The position numbers and the translations under genes were made by a program. The notes beneath the pieces are model-generated. The model was not told the DNA's origin. It made no database searches and saw nothing but the letters and a program-made list of their open reading frames with translations. A DNA stretch of 63,236 bases, filler included, from Sphacelaria rigidula (Eukaryota): NCBI GenBank assembly GCA_964200075.2. It is 10 parts of 10 records of this genome, joined end to end, with 100 filler letters (N's around TTAATTAATTAA, not from the genome) between each part and the next. Parts side by side here need not be neighbours in the genome. Positions count along the whole stretch, not along the records: positions 1 to 6,234 come from CAXNAA020021338.1; positions 6,335 to 12,568 come from CAXNAA020021339.1; positions 12,669 to 18,902 come from CAXNAA020021340.1; 7 more parts are not named here. One strand, written 5' to 3'. Of the stretch, positions 1 to 13,421 are shown piece by piece (positions within the stretch are counted from its first letter, which is position 1; the number at the start of each line of letters is the position of its first letter).

Positions 1-55
<55 letters not shown>

Positions 56-73
56 TAATAATAATGATAATAA
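1..73. repeat. (AAT)n microsatellite
   Basis: Direct reading: near-perfect AAT array at the contig start. Confidence 0.97.
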
Positions 74-99
74 TCCCCGGTATTTCTCGGGGTGTCCCA

Positions 100-610
100 T
101 ACCGTGGTTTGCGTGGGTATCGCAGGTATGAGTTTTGAAAATATCCGATTGAACGGGCACGGTAGGCATTGAAATCTCGAAATCTCGTGGTATCGTAGGT
201 ATCGTAGGTATCGTAGATATGAGTTTGGAAAATACCTGATTGAGCGGATACGGTAGGTGTTGAATTAGCGCAATACCGTAGTATCATGTATATCGTAGGT
301 ATGAGTTTGGAAAATACCCGATTTAGTGGGTACAATGGGTAATGAAATGTCGAAATACGGTGATATCGTAGGTACGATTTTTGAAAATACCCGATTGGGC
401 GAGTACGGTAGGTAGGTATTGAAACCTCGAGATACCGTGGTATCGTCAGTATCGTAGGTATGACATTCGAGAAAAACCGATCGAGCGGGTGCGGTAGGTA
501 TTGACATCTCGAAAAACCGTGGTATCGTGGGTGTCGTGGATATGATATTTGTAAATACACGATTGGGGCCGTATCGGTGGGGTGTGAGATGTCCCGAATA
601 CCGGTGTACC
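100..610 (+). repeat. Degenerate tandem repeat, ~75-95 bp unit, ~6 copies
   Basis: The motif ccgtggtatcgtaggtatgagtttggaaaatacccgatt...ggtacggtaggtattgaaatctcga recurs. Confidence 0.85.
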
Positions 611-1658
611 GGGTACTATCATAATATCTACCTTTCCGAAGGTGCCTGTGCAGTCTGTAGTGTCATCACATACATGAAAACCGGAGCATCAATAGCTGCC
701 GATAACTAGAGCGTGGCTGTAGGCGCCAACCGTGTATGTTGTGTGTTGCGTGCATTTGTTTTAACGCAGCAGATGGTCGGCGTCGCACATCGCACACTCG
801 CGAGTACCTGTGAAATGAGCGCATGGCACACCTCCCTACGATACTTTCCAGGCTTCAAGCGGTGACGGCCCCTGTACTGTTGTTTAGTATATTTACAGAT
901 AGCACAGTACATGAAAAAATGAACCCTTCTGTACTCCCGTACAGTATATTTCATATATATTGAAGTATACCCAGAGAGTGAGTATTTGTCCAACACGGGT
1001 CGGTTTGATACGATAGCGTCTCCTTGTGTAAAGCAAGTGCGGTACCTCTCAATGAGACTGCCGTCAAGCAACGGTAGAGTGCTACATATTACTTACTGCA
1101 CCATGTTGCCAAAACGGACCTATCCTCTAAGCGTGAGTTAGTTCGATGGCGACGACACCTCGCTAAGGAGAGTAGGTGACACACTGCCTCATCATGCACA
1201 GATACACTAGAGGCCTGCCCTCACCTGATTGCGTTATTCCTTCGCGAACTTCGAACCCTACTTAGCCACCACGCCTCCCAGCACAGATCAACATGAGCCG
1301 CGGCCGCCTCTATGAGCGCATCACCCTTCACACTAGCGTCCAGCCCCGGGGTTGACCCATTGTGTATTCACCGCCTCGCCCAGACAGCTGTTGCAGCCTC
1401 GTGGGCGAGCTCTCGAAGATGGTGTCGGAAGTGTGCGCAAACCTTCAGTAACTGATCCGCAAAAACGGTCGCATCTCCATCAATGTGGGCGTCAACCCCG
1501 GTGTGCACTGGATACTCGTGTTGGGGGCTCGCGTATTGCGCCGTTAGTTTTATGTCAGATGCTGGTATGCAGCTACGACGACGCAGCTAGGGCAGAACTG
1601 AATAACAACAGTACAGTGAACGCTATCGCGGAAGCAACAAACACACACTCTTAGCAAA

Positions 1659-1897
1659 TGTTATCTGTGGTTGGATAATCATTGTAAAAAATGAGATTTC
1701 ATGCTCGACAGCTGATAGTCTTTCAGAGTCTTAGCGTAACGGAACAAAAGTGCTCATTTTGACGACCGTGATTGGTCAGAATGGTCCTCACGCGCCTCTC
1801 GGGCCTCGCGCACGGCTCACAAAATTAATAGATGCTTTACACTGCCGCAGACGGCATTGTCGGTGCTACAACTGACCAAACATCAATACCCTCCCTT
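1659..1897 (-). mobile_element. Polypurine tract (1889-1897) and probable 3' LTR of the copia element
   Basis: On the minus strand, AAGGGAGGG lies ~70 bp after the pol stop and is followed by TATTGATG. A possible ...AACA end lies at ~1659. The distal boundary is unverified because the 5' LTR is absent. Confidence 0.5.
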
Positions 1898-1968
1898 GGA
1901 CAGTTCTAACGCCAATGGTCAATACTATCTTGTACTTATGACAAATCCCATCGGAAGCAAGAATAAAA

Positions 1969-4900
1969 TTACTCAATGCCCAACAAGAAATCGCGGTGAA
2001 CTTTAAATGTCTCACGTGGCAACGCCTTCGTCAAAATATCGGCGTGTTGTTCCTCACTGTCTACGTGTTCAATTGATATCGTTTCGTTTTCTACTAACTC
2101 CCTCAGAAAATGATGGCGCACGTGAATGTGTTTACTGTTCGACGAGCTAATCGGATTCTCGGCTAACGCAATCGCTCCTTCATTGTCCTCAAACACTCTG
2201 ATGCTCCCTAATTCTTTTCCAGGTGAAAGAAATTCTATGATTCCACGTATGAACAAAGCTTCTTTTACTCCGTCTCCCATTGCAACATATTCGGCTTCCG
2301 TGGTGGAAAGGGTGACGCACTTCTGTGTTCTCGAGAACCATGCTACGGGCGAGTTACCACACAACACTGCCCCTCCCGAAACTGATCTTCGTGCAGTATC
2401 TTCCTTTGCGTAGTCTGCATCTGCATATACCGTTACTCCTACATTTACTCCTGGTCTTACACGGTATGTTAGCCCTAGATGTGAAGTTGCGCGCAAATAC
2501 TCAAGGATCTTCTGAGCTGCTTTCCAGTGAGATTCCTTCGGCTCGTGGGAGTGCCTCGCTACAGACCTCACTGAGTTGGCGATATCGGGCCTGGTTTGGT
2601 TCGCAATCCACATCAGGCATCCTACCACCTCACGGAACGGCACGTCTTTCGCGATTTTGTCATCTCTCAGGGACCTGAGATTCACCGAAGCAGAAGCAGG
2701 AAGAGAGCTGGAGCGGGAAACATCAAAACGTTCGAGTACGGTTCTAATATAACTTGTTTGAGATAGTTCAATGGTACCCTTCTCTTTGTCACGTTTGTAC
2801 TCTACTCCCATGTACCATGCTAGATCTCCTAGGTGTTTTGCTGGAAGAGTTTTGTTTAAAGTCTCCACTACTATCCTGCTCACACTGTCCGATCCCCCAA
2901 AAATGATATCATCAACGTGTATAACTACCGCTCCGACCAAATCGCCACCTACCACCATGCGAAGTACGCAGGGGTCTGACAGGCACTGCTTGAAACCTAT
3001 TCCTACGAGTTTCGACACTAGTAGCTTGTAAAATTGTCTGGCTGCTTGTCTGAGACCATAGAGCGATCTGTTAAGTCTAACGATCCTGCCTGACATTGAT
3101 CCGCAACCGGGTGGTAGTCTCATGTATACTTCAAAGTCCAAATCAGACTGTACAAAAGCCTGCTCTATGTCAAAATGACTAAGATTCCATGTATGCATGT
3201 TTGCCAAAGCTACAAGAAGGCGGATTGTTGCGGCGTTTGCCGTAGGGGAAAATACCTCCAAAAAGTCGACTTCATACCGTTGGCTAAATCCTTTTGCTAC
3301 AAGTCTAGCTTTTGCCTTCAAAATCTCGCCGTTGGCATCGGTCTTCCATTTGAAAACCCATTTGGCGTTAACTACGTTTCTACCTTCGGGAACCGATCCT
3401 ACTACTGTGAAAGTCCCTGCAGCTAGTAATCCTTCAAACTCCATGTTCATAGCCCCCTCCCAGATGGCAGCATGCTTAGAGGCGCGAGCTTCTGCAACCG
3501 TGGTGGGTTCTTGCTCCGCGTCTCGGACAAGTCCAGTGGGTATCTCGGTCGGCTTCTTCAATGTTCTTTGCTCAGCTATCAGCGCGCGCAAAATCTGGTC
3601 CCCGCTCACGGGCCCCAGCGTAGCCAGTAAACCGGTAGCTTGTTGTTGATTCAGCGCCCGTGTTTGTGCTCGCGTCCTTCCCTCCCGGCGTTCTTGGTCG
3701 TCGTTCGGACCCATATTGAACGCCTCAATCTGTCTCAGCGCAGTTCGACTTTGACGGGGTGGGCCGTCTCGATCGGCCACATCGTCGCCCCCATCATCGC
3801 TGGAAGACGACGTCCCCACGGGTGCGGAGCTGCTGGAAGATGCTGACTCACTACTTGGAGATGATACATTACTGAGCGTTGAAGGCCGTGGTGACGGGAC
3901 TTCATGTGGCAGCGGAGAACCAAGATCGGATTGTTCCGTCAACTCCTCCGGTCTTGTATTGTCCGTCATACCTTCGCTTTCTACCTCCCGAGACGGCATA
4001 CGCACGTGAGGAATACCACGTCCGATCAGCGGCCATACTTCTCTGTCGTCGTCCTCGTCGTCGCCGCAGTGCGCATCCCCCCCTCCCGCCGCTGCTGCCT
4101 CCAGCGATGAAGAAAGCGGTGGCGGGAGAGATTGCGGCGGCGCCTCCCACGTGACGTCGCGAGTTTCGACTATTTGCCCTCCCCGCGTCAACACGCGGCA
4201 GGAGTCTCGCGGATGTTCACGGGAAGGTCCGAGATAAAAACAACTCTCGGCCTTCGGCAGCAACTTTGACGGCCGCTTCCATCTGCAGTATGCCGGCTGG
4301 AGAAAGGGGTGTGGCGAGGCCGGCGCAGCTACTCCGGACCACATTTCATTTGGAGATTTGTTATCCGGGTTGGAGGAATTAGCGGTACAATTCAACTGTT
4401 CACATGCCCAATGCATCGCCTCGGCCCAAAGCTTCTCAGTTTTGGGAAGCTGAACATGACCGAACAACACCTTTGCTTGAATCCTTGCCGCCATCGCCGT
4501 AGCTTCAATGATACCGAGCCCTCGCTCGGCAACACCATTGTACTGGGGGCTGTTCGCGGGGGTAAATTCCTGCTTAATCAACAGTTCATCACATACTGAT
4601 CTAAACTTATCTCCGAAAAATTCCCCCCCGTTATCGGATCTTACGATCTGCACTACTGAAGGGAAACCGTTAGCTCGCACACTTGCGAGGAAACGATTGA
4701 AAGCCATGTCCGAGTCCGACTTTCGTGTCAAGAAATACAGCCAAGATTTTCTGCTGTAGTCATCCTTGATAATCATTGGATAGTGTTTCCCCCCTACAGA
4801 GGCAATGTCTTTTCTACCTCCTAGGTCTACGAAAACCCTACCGAGCTTTGATGAAGCTCTCTTCTTGGTTTGGTGGGGGATACCTTTTCTGTATCCTTTT

Positions 4901-6234
4901 GCCATCGAGCAACCAGTGCATGCATGCATATTACCTTCAAGAGTAACTCCCAAGTGTTTGGCAGTATTTCTCAGCAACTGTTCATTGGCATGACCGTAAA
5001 TGCAGTGAAACATATTGATGTCCATGCTTGTGACAGGGGGGGGATTTGAGGGCTTGAGGGCTGGTAAAACAGACGCATTAAATTGCTCTCCTAGTCGATA
5101 TGCTATGGCCACTAACATACCATCCTGGTTGGCAAATGTCACACGCCCGTTGAATGCCGTCATGATTCGATCCGGGCCTCCTAAGCGATCCCAACCCTCC
5201 CCGTTAAATTCCGAGCTTGGCGAAAATAAGTTATATCCGAGATCGGGGGCGTACAGTACGCCTTGCAAATCTGCTACGTATTCGACCTCGTCTGTCACAA
5301 AAACAACCGTCAAATTGCCCTTCAATGAAACATTGCAAGTTACACCCCCTATTCCGGCAACACTAAAATCAACCGGTGTGAGATCTCGCATGCATCGCAA
5401 TGAATCCGTCAAATGATGTGGGGCGCCGGTATCACCGTACCACTCTTCACAAAAAGGCCTGGTAACGCCAGCCGCTAATGACTTCAACTCAGCAAGCTCA
5501 CCACTATCATTTTCAGATGCCTCATTCTCCTGAGACGGAGCCCGGATGACCTTCGCCTCGCAATCTCGGACCAGATGAGGAAGGCCGCAGCGGTAACATT
5601 TCAGCTGTTTTCTGCTCCCCTTCTCCTCCTTGTCCTTGGTAGGTTCAGAATCCGGTTTCGTTGATTTCTTGGATTTGTTCTTCGTTTCCTTCCCACCGGC
5701 TCGTGCTACCAAAGCTTGGCCGCTCTTGTTCCTTCCGCCTTTGCTGTGGATGGTCAGTTCTAAATGCCTGTCATTCACGTGTCGCTCGATAGCTTCCTTG
5801 TTACGAGAATGATGGAGTCTCAGATTTTGACGAAGAACGTCGTACTCCTGGGGCAACCCGTCGAGCATTACAGAACATATTTGGCGCTCTTCCTTCTTCA
5901 CTCCTAGCATAAGAAGCGCCCCAACAGTACGTTTAATGGCGGAGAAGAAGACGTGGGGGTCCTGCCCCGGATGCATTCGGAGGTTTAAAAGTTTGTGCTC
6001 GTGAAGATTTATTTGAGCATCGGTCAATGGAAAGAAATGATCGCTGAGTGCCCGCCACGCTTCACTGGGTGATGCCGTGTCGTTTACCATTGCCCGCACC
6101 TCTTCAGTGCTGATGCATTCCAGTAAGAACCACCACGCGCTCTGGGTCTTTTTGAGCTGACTAAGAGTATACCCACGCTCAATCATATGAGCCATGTCAA
6201 CATCGATTTCGGCGATGGGTACATCAACTGCCGT
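1969..6234 (-). mobile_element. Ty1/copia LTR retrotransposon gag-pol polyprotein; ORF intact, 5' end cut by the contig boundary
   Basis: The ORF is at least 1408 aa and stays open to 6234. Domains in copia order: Zn knuckle CYRCGLPHLVRDC, protease WYGDTGA, integrase HHCC (H-CIYG-H...CTGC) plus VFVD/SDNGGEF/AERG, RT (KARLVAKGFSQ, LYGLRQA, HVDD), RNase H (YADADYA, TEAEY, FEDN, ADILTK). Confidence 0.97.
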
Positions 6235-6334
6235 NNNNNNNNNNNNNNNNNNNNNNNNNNNNNNNNNNNNNNNNNNNNTTAATTAATTAANNNNNNNNNN
6301 NNNNNNNNNNNNNNNNNNNNNNNNNNNNNNNNNN
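6235..6334. other. Artificial contig spacer N44-TTAATTAATTAA-N44; repeats at 12569-12668, 18903-19002, 25237-25336, 31571-31670, 37905-38004, 44238-44337, 50571-50670, 56904-57003
   Basis: Identical 100-bp spacers with a six-frame stop linker separate segments of 6234 bp (x6) and then 6233 bp (x4). Confidence 0.99.
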
Positions 6335-9300
6335 CGACACTACCTGGGTGGGGGGGCACTCCCACCTTGGTGCCTATCCATACATTCGCTGGACATGTCT
6401 GCCCTCGGATGGGCATGCCTGACGGGTGGAGCGACTCGAAGCGCTGCACGAAACTACAAGTAGCGAAGTGCATGGTTCAAGGTTCCCTCCTGTCCCCTGG
6501 GGACAAAAAAAAAGAAAAAAAAACTGAATACGACTGAGATCGTTGGGCCGCGCGGATGTACCCATCTTGACTGACCCCTGCTGGTAAGAAATGCATTTCA
6601 CATCTATAAGCATTGTATTCCTGAAAATGACAGTACCCGCTCGAAAAAGCACAGAATGTTCAAAACCGGCAGGAACGTTATTCCTCTGCGATTGTATGCA
6701 CGAGGTGTTTTTCCTCACCGTCGCAAGAAACACCGTCGCAAGAAACTGCGCTGCACTCGCGAAACGTTACATTGAAACCTGTTGTGCATGCGCCGTAGTC
6801 GTGAGGTGCACGGCACAACACATACCGCTCTTCGGCGCAAAAGATACCGAAACCTAGATGCAATTCACCACCGCGCGCATAAGGTTTACCCCCCTTTGAA
6901 TACCTGACGTCACACCAATCAGACAGCTTTCAAGACATGAAGATGCGGCAGGTGAGTCGATCACCAAGCGATAACAGGTGTGGCCATGTTCCCTGGTGGA
7001 ACAGAGTGCAACAGGTTGCGTGCACAGAGGATGGTTTCCCCCAATTGAGTCGGATGAAGCATTGGACCTCGTCGGGAATCTACCAGATGGAAAGCCTACA
7101 CTAAAAACAAACTATTGTATCTACTACCGTGCCCCATGCTTTCACGCAGAGGGGTTCAGTGTTCAGATACAACGGTTGGAGGACGCAAACACCCGAAAGG
7201 TTGTCGCGGCTACTGCCCATCCCCAAAAGAAGCGTGAAAACACCAGGTGGAAGTAGGCCAGGTGTCCGTTGGTCCCTGAAAAGAGGTTCATGTAAAATGG
7301 CTCATTTCAGAGTTTACTGAAATCGTCGTATGCCGCAGCAAAATACGGTGACTCTTGTCACAACAGACATGAGGGATTCAGCATCGCCCGAGCCAATTTC
7401 ACATCCATCCACCACCGCAGAACGTCATGTTTTCTTCCACGAGGCGAGATAGCCAGCCCACTATGCAACATGTAACGAGTCTCGACCAGCGGGACAAAAC
7501 AAAAAACGCGGCGGAGAAAAAAAATAAAACTCCTTGTACCGGTCTTCCTAGCGCACCTCGTTTAGGGCCTCCGGGTAGAAATTGCTGAGGCTCATGTGCA
7601 AGGTGTTCCAAAAGGGGATGGTGACGAGAACCTCCGCGACGCAGGCGAAGAGCATCCTTCGGACCAGACGAGGGGAGCCAATGCTCTGCATGCGAGTCAA
7701 GTTGCGATGACTCTGACGTTCGTGCGAACACACACATTGAAACGAAAAAAAATGTTGAAATTAAAAAATCAGGACCCACACGTTCTAGCCCTCCACAACA
7801 GTGCCCGTGCTCGAAGTTGCGAATATTTTCGGCATGAAAGTCTCGCGACTTCGTGGAAAGGGAGCAGCAAATGCCACCTATTTTTGAAACTTTTCAAGAT
7901 ACCCAGAAACAGGGAAACAACGCCTGCAAGTGAGCCGTATGGTTGGAGCTCTCTCAGCGTTCAAGAATCACATCTCACAACGACCAAGGAAGCATTATGT
8001 TCCCACTTGGAGGCTCTGACTATCGGAAAAGTGTTGCTCTCAGGACTGTCAAAAGCATGAGAAGCAAGAGCCTTCCCGAGATGGAAAGTCGCCTACAAAT
8101 GGTAGAACGGTCATTGGTTTAGTAAGGCCAAAGAACAAATTCAAGATCCCGACACCGCCCGGATCAAGTCGGGCCGTACGCCAAGTTGACAGTATTATGC
8201 TGATCTTCTCAACATCGGGTTCACATATGGCATGAGATTACCGTTGATGGGGGCTGCACTAAGAAATAATGCGACAAATCTGTTTTCACGCGCCTTCCCG
8301 AAGCGAGGGCGGGGTGTCATTTTTACCCGCAATCGCAAAAACACCCTCCTGCACTTCGAAAAAAACATAAACTACTCGAGAAACGGTTCCGAATTGATAC
8401 CGGTAAACGCAACGGGGGCACAAAATCTGGAAATGAGTCGAGGGGGAGTAGCCATACATGCGCACAAAAGTCGGCAAAAGCAAGAGACATACCCAAAATC
8501 GAAAACCACAAGCAAGACGCATGGGTCGGTGGCAACGAAAACGGCCTCGTCTTATTTCTCGACCAGCTTTCAAACTGTAACGAAGTAATCTGAAGGTACT
8601 AAACTCGAGCGCGAGTAAAATCGCGGTCAGATCGATGAGCCCGCTTCTCGGGAGAAAAAGATTCAGTCGCCGTTCCTTGGACCGGTTCTGCAGTCTGAAC
8701 AAGGGTATCGTGTTTCAAAGAATGCGCACCGGTGCTCAAATGTGGGAACTTCACCTTGACGACTAGAGCGAGGTTTACGCAGATTGCTAAGTTAGTCACA
8801 GCCAGCATGTTGGAGGCGGACAGCTCCACGAAAATGAAGAACTTTATGAGCGGTTCGCTCTTCGATGAGGCCCAGCAGCCCGCGACCATGGCAGCCAACA
8901 CGATCCGAATAAATTGGTACACAAATCCGCTGTGGAACATACGCACATATACACAGGAGAGCAAAAACGTTGGAGAAGGAGCAAAAAAACGGAAACTTGG
9001 CATCAGTCGGATATCGACGCCGCGATAGCCACGCCAATCAGACATCCGTCGGGTGCTCCTATCCTACCCTACGCAACACCAAATGATAGGTCTGTGAAGT
9101 GGCAGTTGTGGCCAGAGGAGTTAAAACTGGCCGCGCCAGTGGCCAGTACATCGGCGGCGAGCAGCGAAGCCATGAGGCCCGACGCCCCCCCCCTCCGGCT
9201 GGTAGGGGGGCCTTGAGGGAGCGCCGCCGGAGGCAAGAAAAAATGCGGTATTTGGCTTGTTTTCCCGTCAAAAATGTGGATAGTTGTTGAAGATGTGACC

Positions 9301-12300
9301 CCTCGCACTGAGGGCCTCACAGGGTTCGATGACATCAACATCGCAGTCAAAGTGGTGTGGACGATTCGAAAATCATTGATCCGTGGCATGCATCAGGAGA
9401 GACTGACTCTCCGTGAGGAACGGAGGATGGGAATAAGGAAGCCAAGGTTAGCATTTAGCACGTGGAGATTAGAGCGCAAAATGATTCACGTCGGGACTGT
9501 CAGACACGAGTGCAGTTGAAAAGCAAGCATGGGTAAATTTTGTATTTTGTGGTCGGGGGGTACCGTTTGTGTTATTATCGTTTCCGGATATCGTGCAATG
9601 AAAAGACAAACCTCGGCACATATCCGTTACATCGCTTCGACGTGTCGTGAGCATGTATATGCTACATCACGTTCAAAACACCTTTCATTATGCAATTGCC
9701 CATTGGCAATTGAGGTTTGGGCGTATCGAGCGTCCCGCCGTGCATAAGTCACAACTCCTTCTTCTTTCTTCATTTGCCTCATTCGACGGACCAGCCGCCG
9801 ACCTACACGCTACGGTGAAACAAACGGAAAGCTGCAGAACCGCGAAGTACCAACGAAGCAGATGAGACAAAAAAAAAACCACGGAAAACACCTGATGAAG
9901 TCAGCTAGTGACTGGCCCAGGGCAAACCCGTTCTTCATGTGCTATGATACCACCACAGAACGCTAAAATAGACCTATGCTGCACGAGTCGACCGAAACCC
10001 GGAACACGAAGCATGAAGCCGTGCACCGCTACTTCACGCGTCGCCGATGCAAACAATTTCCGTCGATGCCTTCGAAGCGTCTTCCTTCTCCATTGATACC
10101 CCATATTCCTCTGCAACTGTAAAGTGCATGCCTCAATAATACAGCCAAATCATAGACAACGGTGTAAGCATCTGTGTTATAAACTCACCACACTAAGCTT
10201 GGTGTAAAATAGCCGGTAACGGCAAACCTCAAATGAGCTGGATAAACTAGCGCCCCCGTCGACAGTTCCAGTTCCAGTTCAAGTCCAGTTCCAGTTTAAT
10301 CGACAGTATAAACCGGTCCACTTCAGAGCCCCACAAAGTGATGTCACATACGGCCTATGAAAGTATTTTTCAGCTGAAATGGGGGAGGTTTGTGATTTCT
10401 TAGTTGTCGGCAGTTTTCAATAGTCTTTCCGCGTGCCATAGCTCATCCTAGTGAACACTTGATTTCGAAGGCTGGGAATCGAGAGATACTAGGCAGCCGC
10501 TCCACATTCCCGAACCAAACACATATCCCCGCTCAATATTGAACGACTTCCGGGCTGAAGACAGGCGGTGTTATTCACCGTTTTTTAACTAAGAAGCATT
10601 ATTTTCGGCTCTAGCGCAATTAATAGGTGAAAACAATAGTAAGGGTCCGCAAAAATTGTCATGAGAGCGATCGGAATTGGCTCACTCCGTCCCTGTGCTA
10701 CGCAGAGCTCTGTTGGGCAACTCTCGCTTTTGAGTACTTTTCTAAAGTCTTCTCGTACAGTATTATTCCTCAACACTCGAAAGTCCCAGAGTCGACAGGT
10801 ATTGGCAGGACATAATCTCCAATCGGTGTTGTCGGGGTGATACGTAAGTACGGTACCTCGTTCATCAGGGGGTGTTGTCGACCGTCACTGGTCCAACTAA
10901 ACACATTTTTTGGCTCTAGCGAAACGAAGAGGTAAGTATTCAGAAACACATGCGTTTCCATTTGTTCACGAGAACGATCGGAATTGCTTCAATCGAGCAA
11001 AAATACCCCCAAGGGTCAGAACCTGAGGCTGGGTGGTCGCAGGACCCTCAGAAGCCGGCCAGCCCGTATATCGTTCAATATTGAGTGCAGGTCTGATTTT
11101 GTTTCGGAACATGAGGGAATGCCTAGCATCTCCCGATCCTCAAACTTCGAGATCAAACGTTGACTGACATGAGCGATGGCACCCGAAAACACTAATGAAA
11201 ATCGCCGACTGCGAAAAAATTACAAAAATCTCCTGTTTCAGCTGAGAATGACTGTACCCTTTTTGCGTGTAGGCCCTACTGCGAAAATCGACACTGAACA
11301 ATGTACCGGGCGGCAGTGTGACATCGAAACGGATGACAACAGCGTAGTTTTCTTTAGATAAAATTTTGTGCTTCAGGGGACAAGAGGAATGGAGTACAGT
11401 GTGCCACAGTACATACATACCACAAGTGATACCCGGGGTCTATGCTGTTCTTCACAGCACAATTCCCGTCTCGACATCGGACCCCAAGATAACCCCCTCT
11501 CGCGGTAGGCTCGAGACGAGACTGAAAATATTGGAACAGATCTCTGTGTAGCGGATACGCAACCACGCAACCACATGACAAACGGCTGGGCAACCAACAA
11601 CCAGTTACCCGAGCTGGACTGTAATGCGACTTAATTACTGGTCAATGGTGTATTCTGCACCGGCCGGTCCAACTACTGGAGACAAAAATAGGTGTATCCC
11701 GCGATTCATCATTTTACCGTGAAGTTAGGGGTGGTATCCACTATTTCGGCCGATGCCGTACGAATGGCAACACGTTTGGATTACTTGAAAGTTTTGTTTA
11801 TGTGCGCATCCCAATGAACAACCAATTGTCAGGCGGGTGGTATCTACCTTTTGAGCGTCTTACATACGAATGGCAATGCGCCCAAACACACGAACACGTC
11901 GATAAAACGTCTAAATGATGAAATAGCTCTCCCCGCCCCTCCATTTTCCCCCACCTGGGGATGACATCGCTCTATCCCCTCTCCAGACACTTTGGCGGGC
12001 GGTGATTACTCTTTTTTCGTTAGTTACATGGGCATTTGCACACGAACGGCGATGCCCCCGAACACGCGGTGGGCATCAGTAGAAGATATTAACCACATAC
12101 TACTCCCTTACGACCTCCTCTTCCCCCCTCACCTTTCCTGGGAACAAAGTCGACGCATATCCCCTCCCTAAACTATCTCAGCGGGTAGGGGAGTGGTAAC
12201 CGACGTTTGATCCACCCACTTGCGGCCGGACAACGATGAATCTGAACACGTGATCGGTACTAATAGAGAGCGTACAATCTACCCTAACTAGCGATACATG

Positions 12301-12477
12301 TCGTTATTCTTTACAGGATTACAGACACTCCAGGGAAGATATTGTTCCTTCCCCTCTCTAAGCACGCGCAGGGGTCACCACGCACCGCCAAGGCCTTTTC
12401 ATATTAACGGTGATGCCCCTAAACACGCAGGAGGCATCGTTGGAACGTACGCATTCCATCATTTTCCGTTACAACTC

Positions 12478-12511
<34 letters not shown>

Positions 12512-12668
12512 GGAAAAAAAAAACATCCCCCCCCCCCCACAACTCCGCCCAAAAAGGGGGGGCGGACANNNNNNNNNNNNNNNNNNNNNNNNNNNNNNNN
12601 NNNNNNNNNNNNTTAATTAATTAANNNNNNNNNNNNNNNNNNNNNNNNNNNNNNNNNNNNNNNNNNNN

Positions 12669-12734
12669 CTTTGTAGGGATACTAGGTCAATGGTCTTATG
12701 ACTATGGCATGCATGATCATGAGTACACCCCCCC
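12669..12734 (+). mobile_element. Poly(C)-tailed short retroposon, subfamily B (truncated by contig start)
   Basis: GTAGGGAT...GGTCAATGGTCTTATGACTATGGCATGCATGATCATGAGTACACCCCCCC; homologous to 19003-19073 and 21951-22032. Confidence 0.7.
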
Positions 12735-12744
12735 TGCATGCACC

Positions 12745-13004
12745 TGGTAAACATACCCTGGGGGAGACATTTCAAGAAGGTGTTCATGGGATGCGGCCAT
12801 AAATGAAGTAGTAGAAAAGAGAAGGGTACAGAAAAGCAAGATGGAGGTGATCTTACCCGACTCGCACCTCGATACTAGGATCAAGACATGAAGCATCCTG
12901 ATGACTGTGAATATGCAGGAGAAGTATGGGAGGGGAGCGCGAAGTTGGAGGAGAAGCTGGAAACAGTACAGATGATAGCGGCTAAGGAGAAGCTCGGATG
13001 CTCA
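12745..13004 (+). pseudogene. Degenerate non-LTR retrotransposon (LINE) reverse-transcriptase C-terminal fragment
   Basis: Frameshifted remnants DSHLDTRIK / EYAGEVWEGSAKLEEKLETVQMIAAKEKLGCS match the usual post-RT thumb pattern of LINEs (LEY...VW...KLE.VQ..A.K.ILG). Confidence 0.65.
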
Positions 13005-13008
13005 ATTA

Positions 13009-13056
<48 letters not shown>
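13005..13056. repeat. (TTA)n microsatellite
   Basis: Direct reading. Confidence 0.95.
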
Positions 13057-13421
13057 TCCGCACATTGGTCCGATCTCGCGAACTCGTGGTCACAGACGTA
13101 GGCTCGCCTTTCCAATACCGTTTCCTGCTATTCCTTACAAGACACATTGCCAGAAATAAAAAAAAGGGAGACGCCAGGAAAACCGGTAAGAAGTAGCTCC
13201 CCCGAGCTCAACGGGGAGAGAAACGAAAGAAAGACAAACGAACAAACAAACAAACAAACAACAAACGCCTGATCCGTCAATAATGTACACCGAAAGAAAG
13301 GAAGAGAGAAGATAATAAAAGACAAAACAGGAAAAGACAGGTGACAGAAGGAGATAAGTATGGCCACCATGTTCGGGTTCAACTCAAAAAGCAAAACATA
13401 ACAAAAAACAATCCCACGCAC

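Noticed and set aside
960..1560. Coding-like minus-strand stretch with one stop and a CAG|GTGAG donor downstream of the copia element
   Set aside because: There is no recognisable family; it may be a decayed gene but cannot be supported.
6335..9700. Many short overlapping ORFs, some with splice-like ends
   Set aside because: There is no recognisable domain and they are interrupted by stops; a product cannot be supported.
12481..12568. Poly(C)/poly(A)/poly(G) mosaic at the contig end (similar at 19797-19890)
   Set aside because: Probably low-quality base calls next to homopolymers and gaps.
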